64,000 bases of DNA from Candidatus Sericytochromatia bacterium (GCA_036676985.1 JAKFBU010000076.1:64001-128000), one strand, 5' to 3'. Positions 47,211 to 57,191 are shown, counted from the stretch's first letter. The notes: generated by a model from the sequence alone, not told the origin. Numbers and translations: made by a program.

Positions 47211-47912
47211 ATGCTAACCAAATCCCAAGCAAGGGCGTTCTTCGTGGGAGGCACCGCCCTTTTCTCGGTGATCTTCCTCGGTCTGACCGTCGACACCTTG
47301 CGCCAGGTACCGAAGCAAACCAATCAGCAGAACATGACCGCCCAGGTCGTGCACGGCAAGGAGATCTGGGAGTCCAACAACTGCATGGGCTGCCACACCC
47401 TGTTCGGCGAGGGTGCGTACTACGCGCCCGAGTTGACCAAGGTCTACGAGCGCCGTGGCCCCGAGTGGATGAAGGCCTTCCTCAAGGACCCCCAGGCCAT
47501 GTATCCCGGCGAGCGCAAGATGGTCCAGTACAAGTTCGACGACGAGCAGATCGACGCTCTGATCGCCTTCTTCAAGTGGTCGGGCGAGGTCGACCTCAAC
47601 GGCTTCCCCAAGAAGCCCGACCTGGGCCAGCCCGCTCAGGCCGCCACCGTCGTCACCGCCGGCACTGCCGCCAACCATGCGGCCCCTCCGGCCTACTTCT
47701 CCTCGGTGTGCATGGGCTGCCACTCGGTCGACGGCAAGGGCGGCAACGTGGGCCCCGCGCTCAACGGTATCGCGAGCCGCATGAAGGCCGATGAGATGGA
47801 CGCCTTCATCGCCGACCCCCAGAAGATTCGCCCCGGGACCAAGATGCCCAACCTGGGCCTCGCGCCAGACGTGCGCCAGGACCTGGTGAAGTACTTGGCC
47901 ACGCTGCGCTAG
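47211..47912 (+). CDS. norC: Nitric oxide reductase subunit C with an extra C-terminal cytochrome c domain
   Basis: CMGCHTLFGEGAYYAPELT and a second CMGCH...PGTKMP. Confidence 0.92.
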   Translation: MLTKSQARAFFVGGTALFSVIFLGLTVDTLRQVPKQTNQQNMTAQVVHGKEIWESNNCMGCHTLFGEGAYYAPELTKVYERRGPEWMKAFLKDPQAMYPGERKMVQYKFDDEQIDALIAFFKWSGEVDLNGFPKKPDLGQPAQAATVVTAGTAANHAAPPAYFSSVCMGCHSVDGKGGNVGPALNGIASRMKADEMDAFIADPQKIRPGTKMPNLGLAPDVRQDLVKYLATLR

Positions 47913-47922
47913 GAGAGAGACC

Positions 47923-49296
47923 ATGACCCTGAAGTACCAATCCCAGAAGGTCGCCTACTGGTTCTTCCTGTCGGCCGTCCTGCTCCTCGGCCTGCAGATC
48001 GTCTACGGCTTCATCATGGGCTTCGCGCACATGGGCTACGACGTCCTGCACAACCTCATTCCCTTCAACACGGCCCGCGCCGTGCACACGAACCTCCTGG
48101 TCGTCTGGCTGTTGCTGGGCTTCATGGGAGCCGCCTACTTCATCATCCCCGAGGAGTCGGAACGCGAGCTCTTCTCGGTGCCCATGGCCTACGTCCAGCT
48201 GGTCAGCTTCCTGGTGGTCGGCGTCATCGCGCTGGCGGGCTATCACGTCAACTGGTGGGAGGGCCGCAAGTTCCTCGAGATCCCGCGGCCCCTCGACTAC
48301 CTGGTCGTGGTGAACGTGCTCATGTTCCTGGCGAACATCGGGCTCACCATGTGGAAGGCTCCGCGCTTCAGCACCACGGGGACGGTCCTCTACGGCGGCC
48401 TCTTCTCGGCGGCGCTCCTCTACCTGCCCGGCATGATCACCTTCGACAACCAGACCCTCGACAGCTACTTCCGCTGGTGGGTCGTCCACCTGTGGGTGGA
48501 GGGCGTCTGGGAGCTCATCATGGGCGGTATCCTCAGCTTCCTCTTGATCAAGCTCAGCGGCGTGGACCGCGAGGTCATCGAGAAGTGGCTGTTCGTCATC
48601 GTCGGCATCACCTTCCTCTCGGGCATCCTCGGCACCGGTCACCACTACTTCTACATCGGTGCTCCCAAGTACTGGCTGATGATCGGCGGCATCTTCAGCG
48701 CCCTCGAGCCCCTGGCGTTCCTCGGCATGGCGATCTACGCCGTGGCGATGGCCCGCCGCGGCGGCGCCAAGCACCCGAACCAGTCGGCGCTCAACTGGAC
48801 GATCGGCTGCGCCATCATGTCCTTCGTGGGCGCGGGCTTCCTGGGCTTCGCCCACACCCTGCCCGCCGTGAACATGTACACCCACGGCACCCTCGTCACG
48901 GCCATGCACGGCCACCTGGCCTTCTGGGGCGCCTATGCGATGATCAACTTCGCGGTCATCCTGTACGCGCTGCCGCAGCTCACCGGTCGCAAGCTCTTCG
49001 ACAGCCCCGTCGATGTGGCGGCCTTCTGGTGCTCGAACATCGGCATGGTCGCCATGACGACGGCCTTCGGGGTGGCGGGCGTGACCCAGGTCTACCTGGA
49101 GCGCAAGATGGGCCTGGACTTCCTCCTGGTCCAGAAGGAGCTGCACCCGCACTTCCTCGGTCTGGTCTTGGCCGCGAGCCTGTTCACGCTGGGCATCGGC
49201 CTGTACATCTTCCAGTTCTTCCGGTACGGCATGCCCGTGGCGGAGGCGCGGAAGGCGGCCAATCTGCCCGCCGGGACGAAGGAAGCCCTGGGCTAG
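47923..49296 (+). CDS. norB: Nitric oxide reductase subunit B (cNor)
   Basis: VVHLWVEGVWE, GTGHHY, SALEP, HGHLAF. Confidence 0.96.
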   Translation: MTLKYQSQKVAYWFFLSAVLLLGLQIVYGFIMGFAHMGYDVLHNLIPFNTARAVHTNLLVVWLLLGFMGAAYFIIPEESERELFSVPMAYVQLVSFLVVGVIALAGYHVNWWEGRKFLEIPRPLDYLVVVNVLMFLANIGLTMWKAPRFSTTGTVLYGGLFSAALLYLPGMITFDNQTLDSYFRWWVVHLWVEGVWELIMGGILSFLLIKLSGVDREVIEKWLFVIVGITFLSGILGTGHHYFYIGAPKYWLMIGGIFSALEPLAFLGMAIYAVAMARRGGAKHPNQSALNWTIGCAIMSFVGAGFLGFAHTLPAVNMYTHGTLVTAMHGHLAFWGAYAMINFAVILYALPQLTGRKLFDSPVDVAAFWCSNIGMVAMTTAFGVAGVTQVYLERKMGLDFLLVQKELHPHFLGLVLAASLFTLGIGLYIFQFFRYGMPVAEARKAANLPAGTKEALG

Positions 49297-49303
49297 TGCT
49301 CCG

Positions 49304-49333
49304 GAGCCGGCCCCCCGGAGGGGGCCGGCTCTT
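49304..49333 (+). terminator. Hairpin after norB
   Basis: GAGCCGGCCCC...GGGGCCGGCTC-TT. Confidence 0.55.
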
Positions 49334-49359
49334 CCTATATATAGAACGGAGAACGCGAG

Positions 49360-50139
49360 ATGCTCGAAACCCCCACTTACTACCGCGAGGTCGGCCGGGA
49401 GGCCGAGGTCTTCCGCCTGGCGTCCGAGCAGCGGCTGCCGCTCCTGCTCAAGGGCCCCACGGGCTGCGGCAAGTCGCGCTTCGTGGAGGCCATGGCCGAG
49501 CGGCTGGGGCGTCCCCTCGTCACCATCGCGTGCAACGAGGACACGACGGCGAGCGACCTCCTGGGCCGGCACCTGATCCTGGGCGGGGACACGGTCTGGG
49601 TGGACGGTCCTCTCACCAAGGGCGTCCGCGAGGGGGCCATCGTCTACCTGGACGAGTTCCTCGAGGCGCGGGCGGACACGCTGGTGGTCATCCACTCGCT
49701 GACGGATCACCGGCGGCGGCTGTACCTGGACCGCCTCAACGAGGTAATCCAGGCGCCCGCGGAGTTCATGCTGGTGGTGTCGTACAACCCGGGCTACCAG
49801 CAGGGCTTCAAGGAGCTCAAGCCTTCGACGCGTCAGCGCTTCTTGGCGTTGAACTTCGAGTACCCGGACTCCGAGGTGGAGGCCGAGATCGTGGTGGCCG
49901 AGACGGGCGTCAAGCCGGAGGCCGCGCGGCAGCTGGTCAAGCTCGCGGGCAAGATCCGCAACCTCACGCACCTGGGCCTCTCGGAGGCGCCCTCGACACG
50001 GCTCCTGGTGGGTGCGGCCAAGCTCATCGCCACGGGCCTGCCGCCCCGCATGGCCTGCCATGTGGCCATCGTGAACGCGCTCTCGGACGATCCGGAGGTC
50101 ACCTCCAACCTGCAGGACCTCGCGGACTTGCACTTCTAG
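49360..50139 (+). CDS. norQ: NorQ AAA+ ATPase
   Basis: KGPTGCGKS, YLDE, SYNPGYQ, LKPSTRQRF, STRLL. Confidence 0.93.
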   Translation: MLETPTYYREVGREAEVFRLASEQRLPLLLKGPTGCGKSRFVEAMAERLGRPLVTIACNEDTTASDLLGRHLILGGDTVWVDGPLTKGVREGAIVYLDEFLEARADTLVVIHSLTDHRRRLYLDRLNEVIQAPAEFMLVVSYNPGYQQGFKELKPSTRQRFLALNFEYPDSEVEAEIVVAETGVKPEAARQLVKLAGKIRNLTHLGLSEAPSTRLLVGAAKLIATGLPPRMACHVAIVNALSDDPEVTSNLQDLADLHF

Positions 50140-50174
50140 CTCCGGAAAGCCCTCGTTACCGGGGATTGCCGCTC

Positions 50175-50270
50175 CCCGTCATTCTCGCGAAGGCGGGAAT
50201 CCAGGGTCGCCAACCCCGGCGGCTGCCGTACCGAGCTGCTCTGGACCCCCGCTTTCGCGAGGGTGACGGA
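50175..50270. repeat. REP-like inverted pair between norQ and norD
   Basis: CCGTCATTCTCGCGAAGGCGGGAATCCAG ... CTGGACCCCCGCTTTCGCGAGGGTGACGG. Confidence 0.85.
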
Positions 50271-50326
50271 GGCGTCAGCCGCCGACTGAATGGATTGCTA
50301 CCGGCACTTACAAGGGGAGGCCATCC

Positions 50327-52099
50327 ATGGCCAAGAAAGCCTTCACCGTCAACTTCGACCTCGACCTACACCTGCTCATCTGGCAGGGCTTCAGCCGTAC
50401 CTGGCAGTGGGTCACCCGCGACCCCGGTCTCAACCGCCGCCAGGAGGCGGGCATCCCGCTCGCCGACCACCGCGAGCGCCTGCAAGTCCTCGCCCGTGCC
50501 CTCTCGGGCCTGCCCCTGCTCGTCCGACCCACCACCGACCTGCCCGGCACCGACGGCCGCCACCTCCTCCTGCCCGAGCGCGCCGAATTCTTCGAGGACC
50601 CGGCCTACAACCTCATGGTCCTCAAGCTCCTCACGGTCGTCCTCGCCGAGGCCGCGCGCACCGAGCGCTTCGCCGACCAGGCCGGCCCCGATCCCGTGGG
50701 CCTCGCCTGGGCGCGTGAGGTACTTGCGACCTATCCCGGTCTCGCAGTGCCCCTCGAGGCCTACGAGGCCGCCGAAGTCTCACGCCTGAAGCGCTCCGCC
50801 TGGGATCCCGTCCCCGAGGAGGGCCTCCCGCCCGCCCTCGCCTACCGCCTCATGCCCAGGCTCCAGGGCCTGTCCCCGGGGGTGGGGGCCGCGGGCAGCG
50901 AGAAACCGCAGCAGGCCATCGAGGGCACCGAGGCCGAAGCCCCCGTGCAGGAGGACGTGAAGCGCACCTCCATCGACAAGGAAGCGCAGGAAGAGTACAC
51001 CCTCCACCACAACTTCGAGAAGGTCGAGACCCTGGACGAGTACCGGGGCAGCGCCCGGGACTTCGACGGCGCCGACGACATGGACGAGCAGCTCGAGGCC
51101 ATGCGCGAGCTCAAGATGAACGAGGTCATCCGCGTCGACGACGCCGTGCACTCGGTCTACCGCGCCGAGCTGCTCATGGGGGACAGCGCGGGCGATGCCG
51201 CCGACGCGGGTGCGGGCGGCATCCCCTACGACGAGTGGGATCCCAAGAAACGCGCCTATCGCAAGGACTGGTGCCGCGTCTTCGTCCGCCCCTTCACCGA
51301 GCGGAACCCCGACTGGTACGCCGAGCAGCTCGCGAAGCAGGCTGCCGTGGTGCGCCGGCTCAAGAAGGCCATGGAGCGCGCGCTGGGGGCCAACGAGCAG
51401 GTGCGGCGCCGGAAGGAGGGCCCGGAGCTCGACCTGAACGCCGTCGTGGACAACCAGGTCCGGATTCATGCGGGCCAGAGCCCGCTCGACGAGATCTACC
51501 TCGACCACCAGAAGCGCAAGCGGGACCTGGCGGTCCTGGTCCTTCTGGACACGAGCCTCTCGACGGACGCCTACGTGGACAACCGCCGGGTGCTGGACGT
51601 CTGCAAGGAGACGCTCCTGGTGCTCACCGAGGTGTGCGCCCACTTCAAGGACCGGCTCGAGATCGCGGCCTTCCACAGCCACACCCGCAACCAGGTCTTC
51701 TATCGACCGCTCAAGGCGTTCCACCAGGGCTGGGGCCACGTGAAGCCGCTGATCGGGGCCCTGGAGCCCCAGGGCTACACCCGCATCGGTCCGGCCCTGC
51801 GGCATGCCACCGAGCGCCTCCTCACCCAGCAGGCGAAGCACCGCGTGCTCTTGCTGCTCAGCGACGGCAAGCCCAACGACTACGACCGATACGAGGGGCG
51901 CTACGGCATCGGGGACATCCGCCAGGCCATCCGTGAGGCGGAGGCCCGGGGCGTGCACGTCCATGCGCTCGCGGTCGACAAGCAGGCGCGCGACTACCTG
52001 CCCCAGATGCTCGGCTCGCAGCGCTTCTCCATCCTGCGCCACCCGCAGGACCTGCCCGAGGCCTTGAGCACGTTCATGGTCAAGCTGACGGCCCGGTGA
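50327..52099 (+). CDS. norD: NorD vWA protein
   Basis: YDEWD, DTSLST MIDAS, YTRIGPALRHA, SDGKPNDYD.YEGRYG. Confidence 0.9.
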   Translation: MAKKAFTVNFDLDLHLLIWQGFSRTWQWVTRDPGLNRRQEAGIPLADHRERLQVLARALSGLPLLVRPTTDLPGTDGRHLLLPERAEFFEDPAYNLMVLKLLTVVLAEAARTERFADQAGPDPVGLAWAREVLATYPGLAVPLEAYEAAEVSRLKRSAWDPVPEEGLPPALAYRLMPRLQGLSPGVGAAGSEKPQQAIEGTEAEAPVQEDVKRTSIDKEAQEEYTLHHNFEKVETLDEYRGSARDFDGADDMDEQLEAMRELKMNEVIRVDDAVHSVYRAELLMGDSAGDAADAGAGGIPYDEWDPKKRAYRKDWCRVFVRPFTERNPDWYAEQLAKQAAVVRRLKKAMERALGANEQVRRRKEGPELDLNAVVDNQVRIHAGQSPLDEIYLDHQKRKRDLAVLVLLDTSLSTDAYVDNRRVLDVCKETLLVLTEVCAHFKDRLEIAAFHSHTRNQVFYRPLKAFHQGWGHVKPLIGALEPQGYTRIGPALRHATERLLTQQAKHRVLLLLSDGKPNDYDRYEGRYGIGDIRQAIREAEARGVHVHALAVDKQARDYLPQMLGSQRFSILRHPQDLPEALSTFMVKLTAR

Positions 52100-52138
52100 G
52101 GAGGGGCGCCGGCGCGGACGCCGGCGCCCCCCGATGGG

Positions 52139-53089
52139 CTAGTTGCTTCCCGTGGTGCCGGCCGGGGTGCTGCTCGTGGCGTCACTCAAGCCGTCCCCCG
52201 CGCTACCGCCCGGAGCGCCGTCCATGGGGCCGTCCGCGCCGTCATCCGCGCCGCCGCCCATGCCCATGTCCGCTTCCATGTCCCGGTGCAGCCGGCGGAG
52301 CTGGTGCATGTAGGAGCGCATGTTGGCGACCAGCTGCTGACGCTGGACCCGGTTGAGCGTCGCGATCCACTCGACGGTCGGCTGGACGTTCTCGGTGGTC
52401 AGGACGCTCTCGATGCTCGAGCGCAGCGCCGCCTGGTTACCGTCGGTCATGAAGGTCGTGATGGCCGCGCGCATGGTGTCGAACTTGCGCTCGTCGGAAA
52501 TCTCGTCCTGCTCCTTGAGCTCCTGGAGGGCCGCGCTCTGCTCGGGCGTCAGGTTCATGTTGGCCGAGATCGCGGCGACCCCCTGATCCCGCATGCGGTC
52601 CATGGCGTTCTTGATCGCGTCCGCGTTCTCGTTGAGCAGCGTGCCAACGCGCTGCCGCTGCTCGGGCGTTAGGACCTCGCGGATCTCGCTCGCCTTGGCG
52701 ACCTTGCGGGGGACCCTGGCTCGGAAGGCCGTCACCATGTCGTTGATGGCTTCCGTGATGCCGGCCGGGTCCACGGTCTCGGCGGAGATCATCCGGCCGA
52801 GCATGCGCAGCTGCGCCTTGAGGGCCTGTTTGGCCTCAGGATCCCGGTGGCGCTGCTTGATGGCCCGGAGCTGGGCCCGCTGCGCGTCGGTCAGGTTGAG
52901 GGCTGCCGCCATGGCCCGGTGCAGCTGCCGGAACTCCTCGGCGGACTGATCGACTTGCAGCTGCGCGCTCGGTGCGGTGACGGTCGAAGCAGGGGCGTTC
53001 GGCTGGTTCGGGTGCTGGCCGCAGCCGGCGAGCTGGACGGTCGCGGCGGTCACGGCCGTGGCGAGGCAGACGAGGGTCTTGCGTGTCAT
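52139..53089 (-). CDS. Spy/CpxP-like (LTxxQ) lipoprotein
   Basis: LAGC lipobox; LNLTDAQ, LTPEQR, LTPEQ repeats. Confidence 0.7.
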   Translation of the reverse strand: MTRKTLVCLATAVTAATVQLAGCGQHPNQPNAPASTVTAPSAQLQVDQSAEEFRQLHRAMAAALNLTDAQRAQLRAIKQRHRDPEAKQALKAQLRMLGRMISAETVDPAGITEAINDMVTAFRARVPRKVAKASEIREVLTPEQRQRVGTLLNENADAIKNAMDRMRDQGVAAISANMNLTPEQSAALQELKEQDEISDERKFDTMRAAITTFMTDGNQAALRSSIESVLTTENVQPTVEWIATLNRVQRQQLVANMRSYMHQLRRLHRDMEADMGMGGGADDGADGPMDGAPGGSAGDGLSDATSSTPAGTTGSN

Positions 53090-53260
53090 GGGCGCTCTCC
53101 TCTAGAAAGGCTCGGCAGGTTCGTTCTGCCGGAGGCGAGTCAGACGATAGAGCGCCATGTCGTTTTTTTGTACGCGAGTCCAACCTAAATCCCCGCGGCC
53201 GATTAGTCGCTCGCCAGGGAGGTCGAAGAGCGAGGGCTCGGGCGGAAAGGAGGCGCCTGC

Positions 53261-54517
53261 TCAGCGAGCGGTGGCTCGCCTCCATGCGGTCCGGACGTTG
53301 AGCAAGATCGAGAGCCAGCCCAGGAGGCCGAAGGCGCCGAAGACCGGCAGGAGCTGACCGTTGCTCGAGGAAAGAGCGATCGTGCCTCCGGCCACGGCCA
53401 CCTGCAGGGCGCCGAAGGCGAGCCACGAGAGGCGCGCGTCCAGGAGGTCGATGGGGCGGGTCTCGTCGTCCTCGCCCCTGGCCACGGTGGCCAGGAGGCG
53501 GATGCCGATGTGGTGGAGGTAGCCGTTCACCGACAGGCCCATCCACCCGACGAGCGCCACGTAGGCGAGGGCCGCCTGCAGGTCCGCGCGACCGGCGGTG
53601 ACGGCGAGGCCGAGGCCGACCGTGGCCAGGAGGTAGACGAGGGTTGAGGCGACGTAGGCGATGGGCGGCTTGTGGTCGTTGGGCGCGCCGAGGATCAGTC
53701 GGATCATGTCGATCAGGTAGCAGACGGCGGCGATCGCCACCAGCCCCATGCCGAGCCACCGCACGGCAGGATGGGCGATGCCCGGGATGAGCCCCAGCAC
53801 GAGCACGCCCGCGCCGATGGTGAAGCCCGCCGAGACGAAGGCGTGCAGCGGCAGCTTGGTGCGGCGGCGGCCCGTGATGGGGAAGATGGTGCGGGTCGAG
53901 ACGCCGAAGATGAGCAGGCTGAGCCAGCCGCCGCCCGCGAGGATGGCGTGGATGGGCGGCAGGTGGACGAGCGCTGCGGGCCACGGGGCCCCGGCGAGCG
54001 CCCAGGCCATGGTCACGCCGAGCACGGCCGCGAGGGCCAGGGAGCCGAGGACCGTCAGGAAGCCCGTCTTGAAGGGCGTCTTGAGCTCGGGCGTCGGCTT
54101 GAAGCTCAGGATGGTCAGGACGGCGGGCCCCATGAAGCCCGCGAGCCCGAGGGCGATCAGGCTGGAGCCCAGGGCGAGCGCCCAGGGTTGCACCAGGGCG
54201 AAGCCCAGGACCAACGTGGCGATGCCGATGCCGAAAGGCAGCAGGGACCAGCGGGCGAGGCCCTCGAGCTTCCAGTCGACGTCCATGAAGCCCGGGATCA
54301 CGTGCACCAGGACGCCGAGGGCCGTCATGGTGAGCCAGCCGAGGGCCACCATGTGGATCCAGGCGAGGCCCGGCATGCTGAGGCCGGGGGTGGATGGCCA
54401 GGCCGTGAGGATGAGGAACAGCCAGGAGAGGCCCTGGGCCGCTTGCCCCGCGATGAGGGAAGCCGGCGGGATCCAGGGGCGATCGGGAGGCTTGGGGGCC
54501 ATCTGCAGGGGAATCAT
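53261..54517 (-). CDS. ~12-TM His-containing membrane protein, paralog of 57530-58792
   Basis: IHMVALGWLT..GVLVHVIP, IHAILAGGGW..IFGV, VGWMG..GYLHHI. Confidence 0.7.
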   Translation of the reverse strand: MIPLQMAPKPPDRPWIPPASLIAGQAAQGLSWLFLILTAWPSTPGLSMPGLAWIHMVALGWLTMTALGVLVHVIPGFMDVDWKLEGLARWSLLPFGIGIATLVLGFALVQPWALALGSSLIALGLAGFMGPAVLTILSFKPTPELKTPFKTGFLTVLGSLALAAVLGVTMAWALAGAPWPAALVHLPPIHAILAGGGWLSLLIFGVSTRTIFPITGRRRTKLPLHAFVSAGFTIGAGVLVLGLIPGIAHPAVRWLGMGLVAIAAVCYLIDMIRLILGAPNDHKPPIAYVASTLVYLLATVGLGLAVTAGRADLQAALAYVALVGWMGLSVNGYLHHIGIRLLATVARGEDDETRPIDLLDARLSWLAFGALQVAVAGGTIALSSSNGQLLPVFGAFGLLGWLSILLNVRTAWRRATAR

Positions 54518-54570
54518 GGGGGAGGCTCCATTTCCAGAGTCGGCGCGTGCCGCTCGTCGGTGGCTCCTAG

Positions 54571-54613
54571 AGCCTACCATGGGTCCCCCGAAGCCTCTAT
54601 GAGATGCCTCATG
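54571..54613 (-). promoter_or_regulatory. Motif-A class II promoter
   Basis: TATGAG-ATGC-CTCATG centred 29.5 bp from TAGGCT on the minus strand. Confidence 0.7.
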
Positions 54614-54620
54614 GGTAGAT

Positions 54621-54666
54621 TACGGATAAATTACGGATGCCGGGCACTGTAGGTCAAGGGTATCGT
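54621..54666 (+). promoter_or_regulatory. Motif-B promoter with no credible downstream gene
   Basis: TACGGAT-AAA-TTACGGA; 32 bp to TATCGT. Confidence 0.6.
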
Positions 54667-54671
54667 TAGAA

Positions 54672-54795
54672 ACGTGGCAGGGAAACGCCCTGACGCAAGA
54701 GGCAGGAACGGCCTCGGCTCCCCTTGGCCGAAGCCGCGCAAAGCCCCCGACGTGCGGAGAACAGCAGCCGACGCACATCGGGGGCTTTGCACTTT
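54672..54795 (+). ncRNA. Candidate ~120-nt sRNA
   Basis: Follows the motif-B promoter; ends in a 19-bp stem (54738-54790) with a short T run; three GGA motifs. Confidence 0.35.
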
Positions 54796-54827
54796 CTCCG
54801 CATTTTCGCCAGTTCAGACGCCTGTTG

Positions 54828-54932
54828 GCGCTCCCGTCACTCTCGCGCAAGCGGGGGTCCAGAGCAGTGCTATCCCGCTGCTACCGACGTCGGCGACGCT
54901 GGATTCCCGCTTCCGCGGGAATGACGGGAGCG
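54828..54932. repeat. REP-like inverted pair
   Basis: CCCGTCACTCTCGCGCAAGCGGGGGTCCAG ... CTGGATTCCCGCTTCCGCGGGAATGACGGG. Confidence 0.85.
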
Positions 54933-54967
54933 GCGATTCGTGTCTTTCTTGGTGATTCGGAAGCGCC

Positions 54968-55396
54968 CTACTCGGCGGAGATCAGCCCGGCCTGGATCAG
55001 GCCCTGGCGGCCCGTCTCCGAGAGCCGCAGGCCGGTGCCCTCCCGCACGATGATCCCCTCGCGCTCGAGCCACTCGCGCAGGAGGGTGCCCAGGTAGGCG
55101 CCCACGTGCTCGTGCTGCTGGCCGAGATGGACCTCATGGCAGAGCGCCACCGGCTTGCGGGCCGAGGTCTCGAGCAGCTCCACCGCCACGCCCCAGTTGG
55201 CCAGCCCCTGGCGCCCGGCGAGCGTCAGCTCGGCGTCGACGGGGTGATCGCCCATGCGCTCGACGGTGATCCACTCCTTGGCGATGAGCCACTGGCACAG
55301 CTGGTCGGCCAGCACGCCCGAGAGATGGCCATAGCAGGAGCTCACCTCGGGGCGAGGCTTGCGGTGAGAGCTCGAGCGGTCCTGGGCACTGTTCAT
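54968..55396 (-). CDS. Protein resembling the Cys/His C-terminal domain of YdfF-like ArsR regulators, lacking the HTH
   Basis: CYGHLSGVL, LTLAG, C..., EHVGAYLG, LSETG. Confidence 0.6.
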   Translation of the reverse strand: MNSAQDRSSSHRKPRPEVSSCYGHLSGVLADQLCQWLIAKEWITVERMGDHPVDAELTLAGRQGLANWGVAVELLETSARKPVALCHEVHLGQQHEHVGAYLGTLLREWLEREGIIVREGTGLRLSETGRQGLIQAGLISAE

Positions 55397-55584
55397 GGGG
55401 GGTCACGTCCTCATCTGCGCATCCATGGGCCATTATACTCGCTTCTGCCCGGCCCGGCGCCTTTCTTAAGCGAACTTACGATCCCGGGCCCGCGACCGGA
55501 GATCGCGCGCCGGGGACGCATACGCTAAAATTCCGCCGGATGGGTACGATATCAGTGGGTTTATGCTCTCACGGGGGTTGTGAT

Positions 55585-56961
55585 ATGGCAACGGAGGAGA
55601 TTTCGCCGGATCAGGCGGCGAAAGAATCAGGCGGCAAGAGCCCTCCACCGACCATCCGGGTCTCGATCCGCGAGGGCACCGCGGCCTACGTCGAGATCCT
55701 CCCGCCCGTGCCCGTCGAGGAGCGCTACCTGCGCCAGGTCCTCACCGAGCATGGGGTCGTCGCGGGCTTGCTGGACGACAAGATCGCGGACGTGGCGGCC
55801 TTTCCGCCCCAGGAGGCGGCGCTGGTCGCGCAGGGTCGCCCGGCCGCGCGCGGCGAGGACGCCCGCATCGAGTACTTCTTCATGCAGTCGAACTCGCCCC
55901 ATCCCAAGGAGCAGGTCGACGGCCGCGTCGATCACCGCGAGGTCAGCGGGGTGGACAACGCCTATCCCGGCCAGGTGCTGGCCCGCAAGATCCCTCCGAC
56001 GGACGGCACCGAGGGCCTCTCGGTCAAGGGGGACACCCTCCCCGCCCAGAAGGGCAAGGATGTGAACCTCCTGCCCGGCAAGAACGTGCAGATCTCGGCG
56101 GACGGCATGGAGATCACGGCGAGCATCGCCGGCCTGCCCCTCCTGGACAAGGGCCGCGTCTCGGTCCTGGCCCTCATGGAGGTGCAGGACATCGACTTCT
56201 CGACGGGCAACATCAGCTTCGAGGGCACCCTGCGGGTGCGCGGGAACGTGTTGCCCGGCTTCCACGTGCAGGCCACCGAGGACATCGAGGTGGACGGCTT
56301 CGTCGAGGGCGCCTTCCTCAAGGCGGGCCGCGACGTGAAGGTCAAGGGCTCGTGCCGGGCCAAGTCCCACGTCGAGGCCGAGCGGGACATCCTGGTCCAC
56401 TACGTCGACTCGGAGACGGTGCTGCGCTCGGGCGGCTCCATCACCATCGAGACGGACTCGGTCCACGGCCTGCTCGAGGCCCGCCATCGGATCTCCGTCA
56501 AGCGGGTCCTGGTGGGGGGCATGGCCAAGGCGGGCGAGTCGGTGGACGCCCGGATCATGGGGGCCGTGAGCGAGACGCCCACCCGGATCGAGGTGGGGAT
56601 CGCGGACGTCGACGCCCAGGTCGAGGCCCTGCAGGCCGAGATCGAGGAGACGCAGGCGAGCTACGACAAGCTGAGCTCGGAGCTCAAGGACGCCATGGCG
56701 GGTACCCACACGCCGGAGAAGATCCAGGCGAGTCGCCGCGCCCTGCAGGCCAAGGTCGCCATGGAGCGCAAGCTGAGCGTCTTGAACACGCGGCGTCAGG
56801 AGCTCGAGCACTACCATCCGGACCTGGTGGTCAAGGCGCACGACCGGGCCTTCGGCGGTTGCCTCGTGATCATGGGCGGCGTCTACCACCACGTCCACAA
56901 CAAGGTGCTCGCTCCGAGGTTCCACCTGGTGGACGGGTTCGTCGAGGTGTCGGGTCCATGA
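55585..56961 (+). CDS. DUF342/FapA family protein
   Basis: DGRVDHRE, PPTDGTEG, DFSTGNISFEG, beta-helix and coiled coil. Confidence 0.85.
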   Translation: MATEEISPDQAAKESGGKSPPPTIRVSIREGTAAYVEILPPVPVEERYLRQVLTEHGVVAGLLDDKIADVAAFPPQEAALVAQGRPAARGEDARIEYFFMQSNSPHPKEQVDGRVDHREVSGVDNAYPGQVLARKIPPTDGTEGLSVKGDTLPAQKGKDVNLLPGKNVQISADGMEITASIAGLPLLDKGRVSVLALMEVQDIDFSTGNISFEGTLRVRGNVLPGFHVQATEDIEVDGFVEGAFLKAGRDVKVKGSCRAKSHVEAERDILVHYVDSETVLRSGGSITIETDSVHGLLEARHRISVKRVLVGGMAKAGESVDARIMGAVSETPTRIEVGIADVDAQVEALQAEIEETQASYDKLSSELKDAMAGTHTPEKIQASRRALQAKVAMERKLSVLNTRRQELEHYHPDLVVKAHDRAFGGCLVIMGGVYHHVHNKVLAPRFHLVDGFVEVSGP

Positions 56962-57191
56962 CCCTTGTCACACCTAACGAAGATTTCAACTGAATTTGTT
57001 CCGGCGACGCGGCGATTTAGCAAAAAGCCAACGCTCCTGAGGAACAATGAGGCTATGGTAGCTGCCAAGCAGACGGGATCCCGGCCGGACGGAATCGGGT
57101 CTGCCAAGAATCACGCGAGGGGCCCCCGTCCGGCCGGGGGCCCCTCGACATTTGCGCCGCCCCGGCCACGCAGGCCGGGGCGGCGTGCTTG

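Noticed and set aside
54670-54760. c-di-GMP-I riboswitch (GACGCAAG, GCGCAAAGCC)
   Set aside because: The GAAA-capped stem and receptor could not be built, and no gene follows in sense; kept only as a generic sRNA candidate
56968-56990. Fourth copy of the 75-bp element (CACCTAACGAA)
   Set aside because: Only a left-end match, with no core or right end
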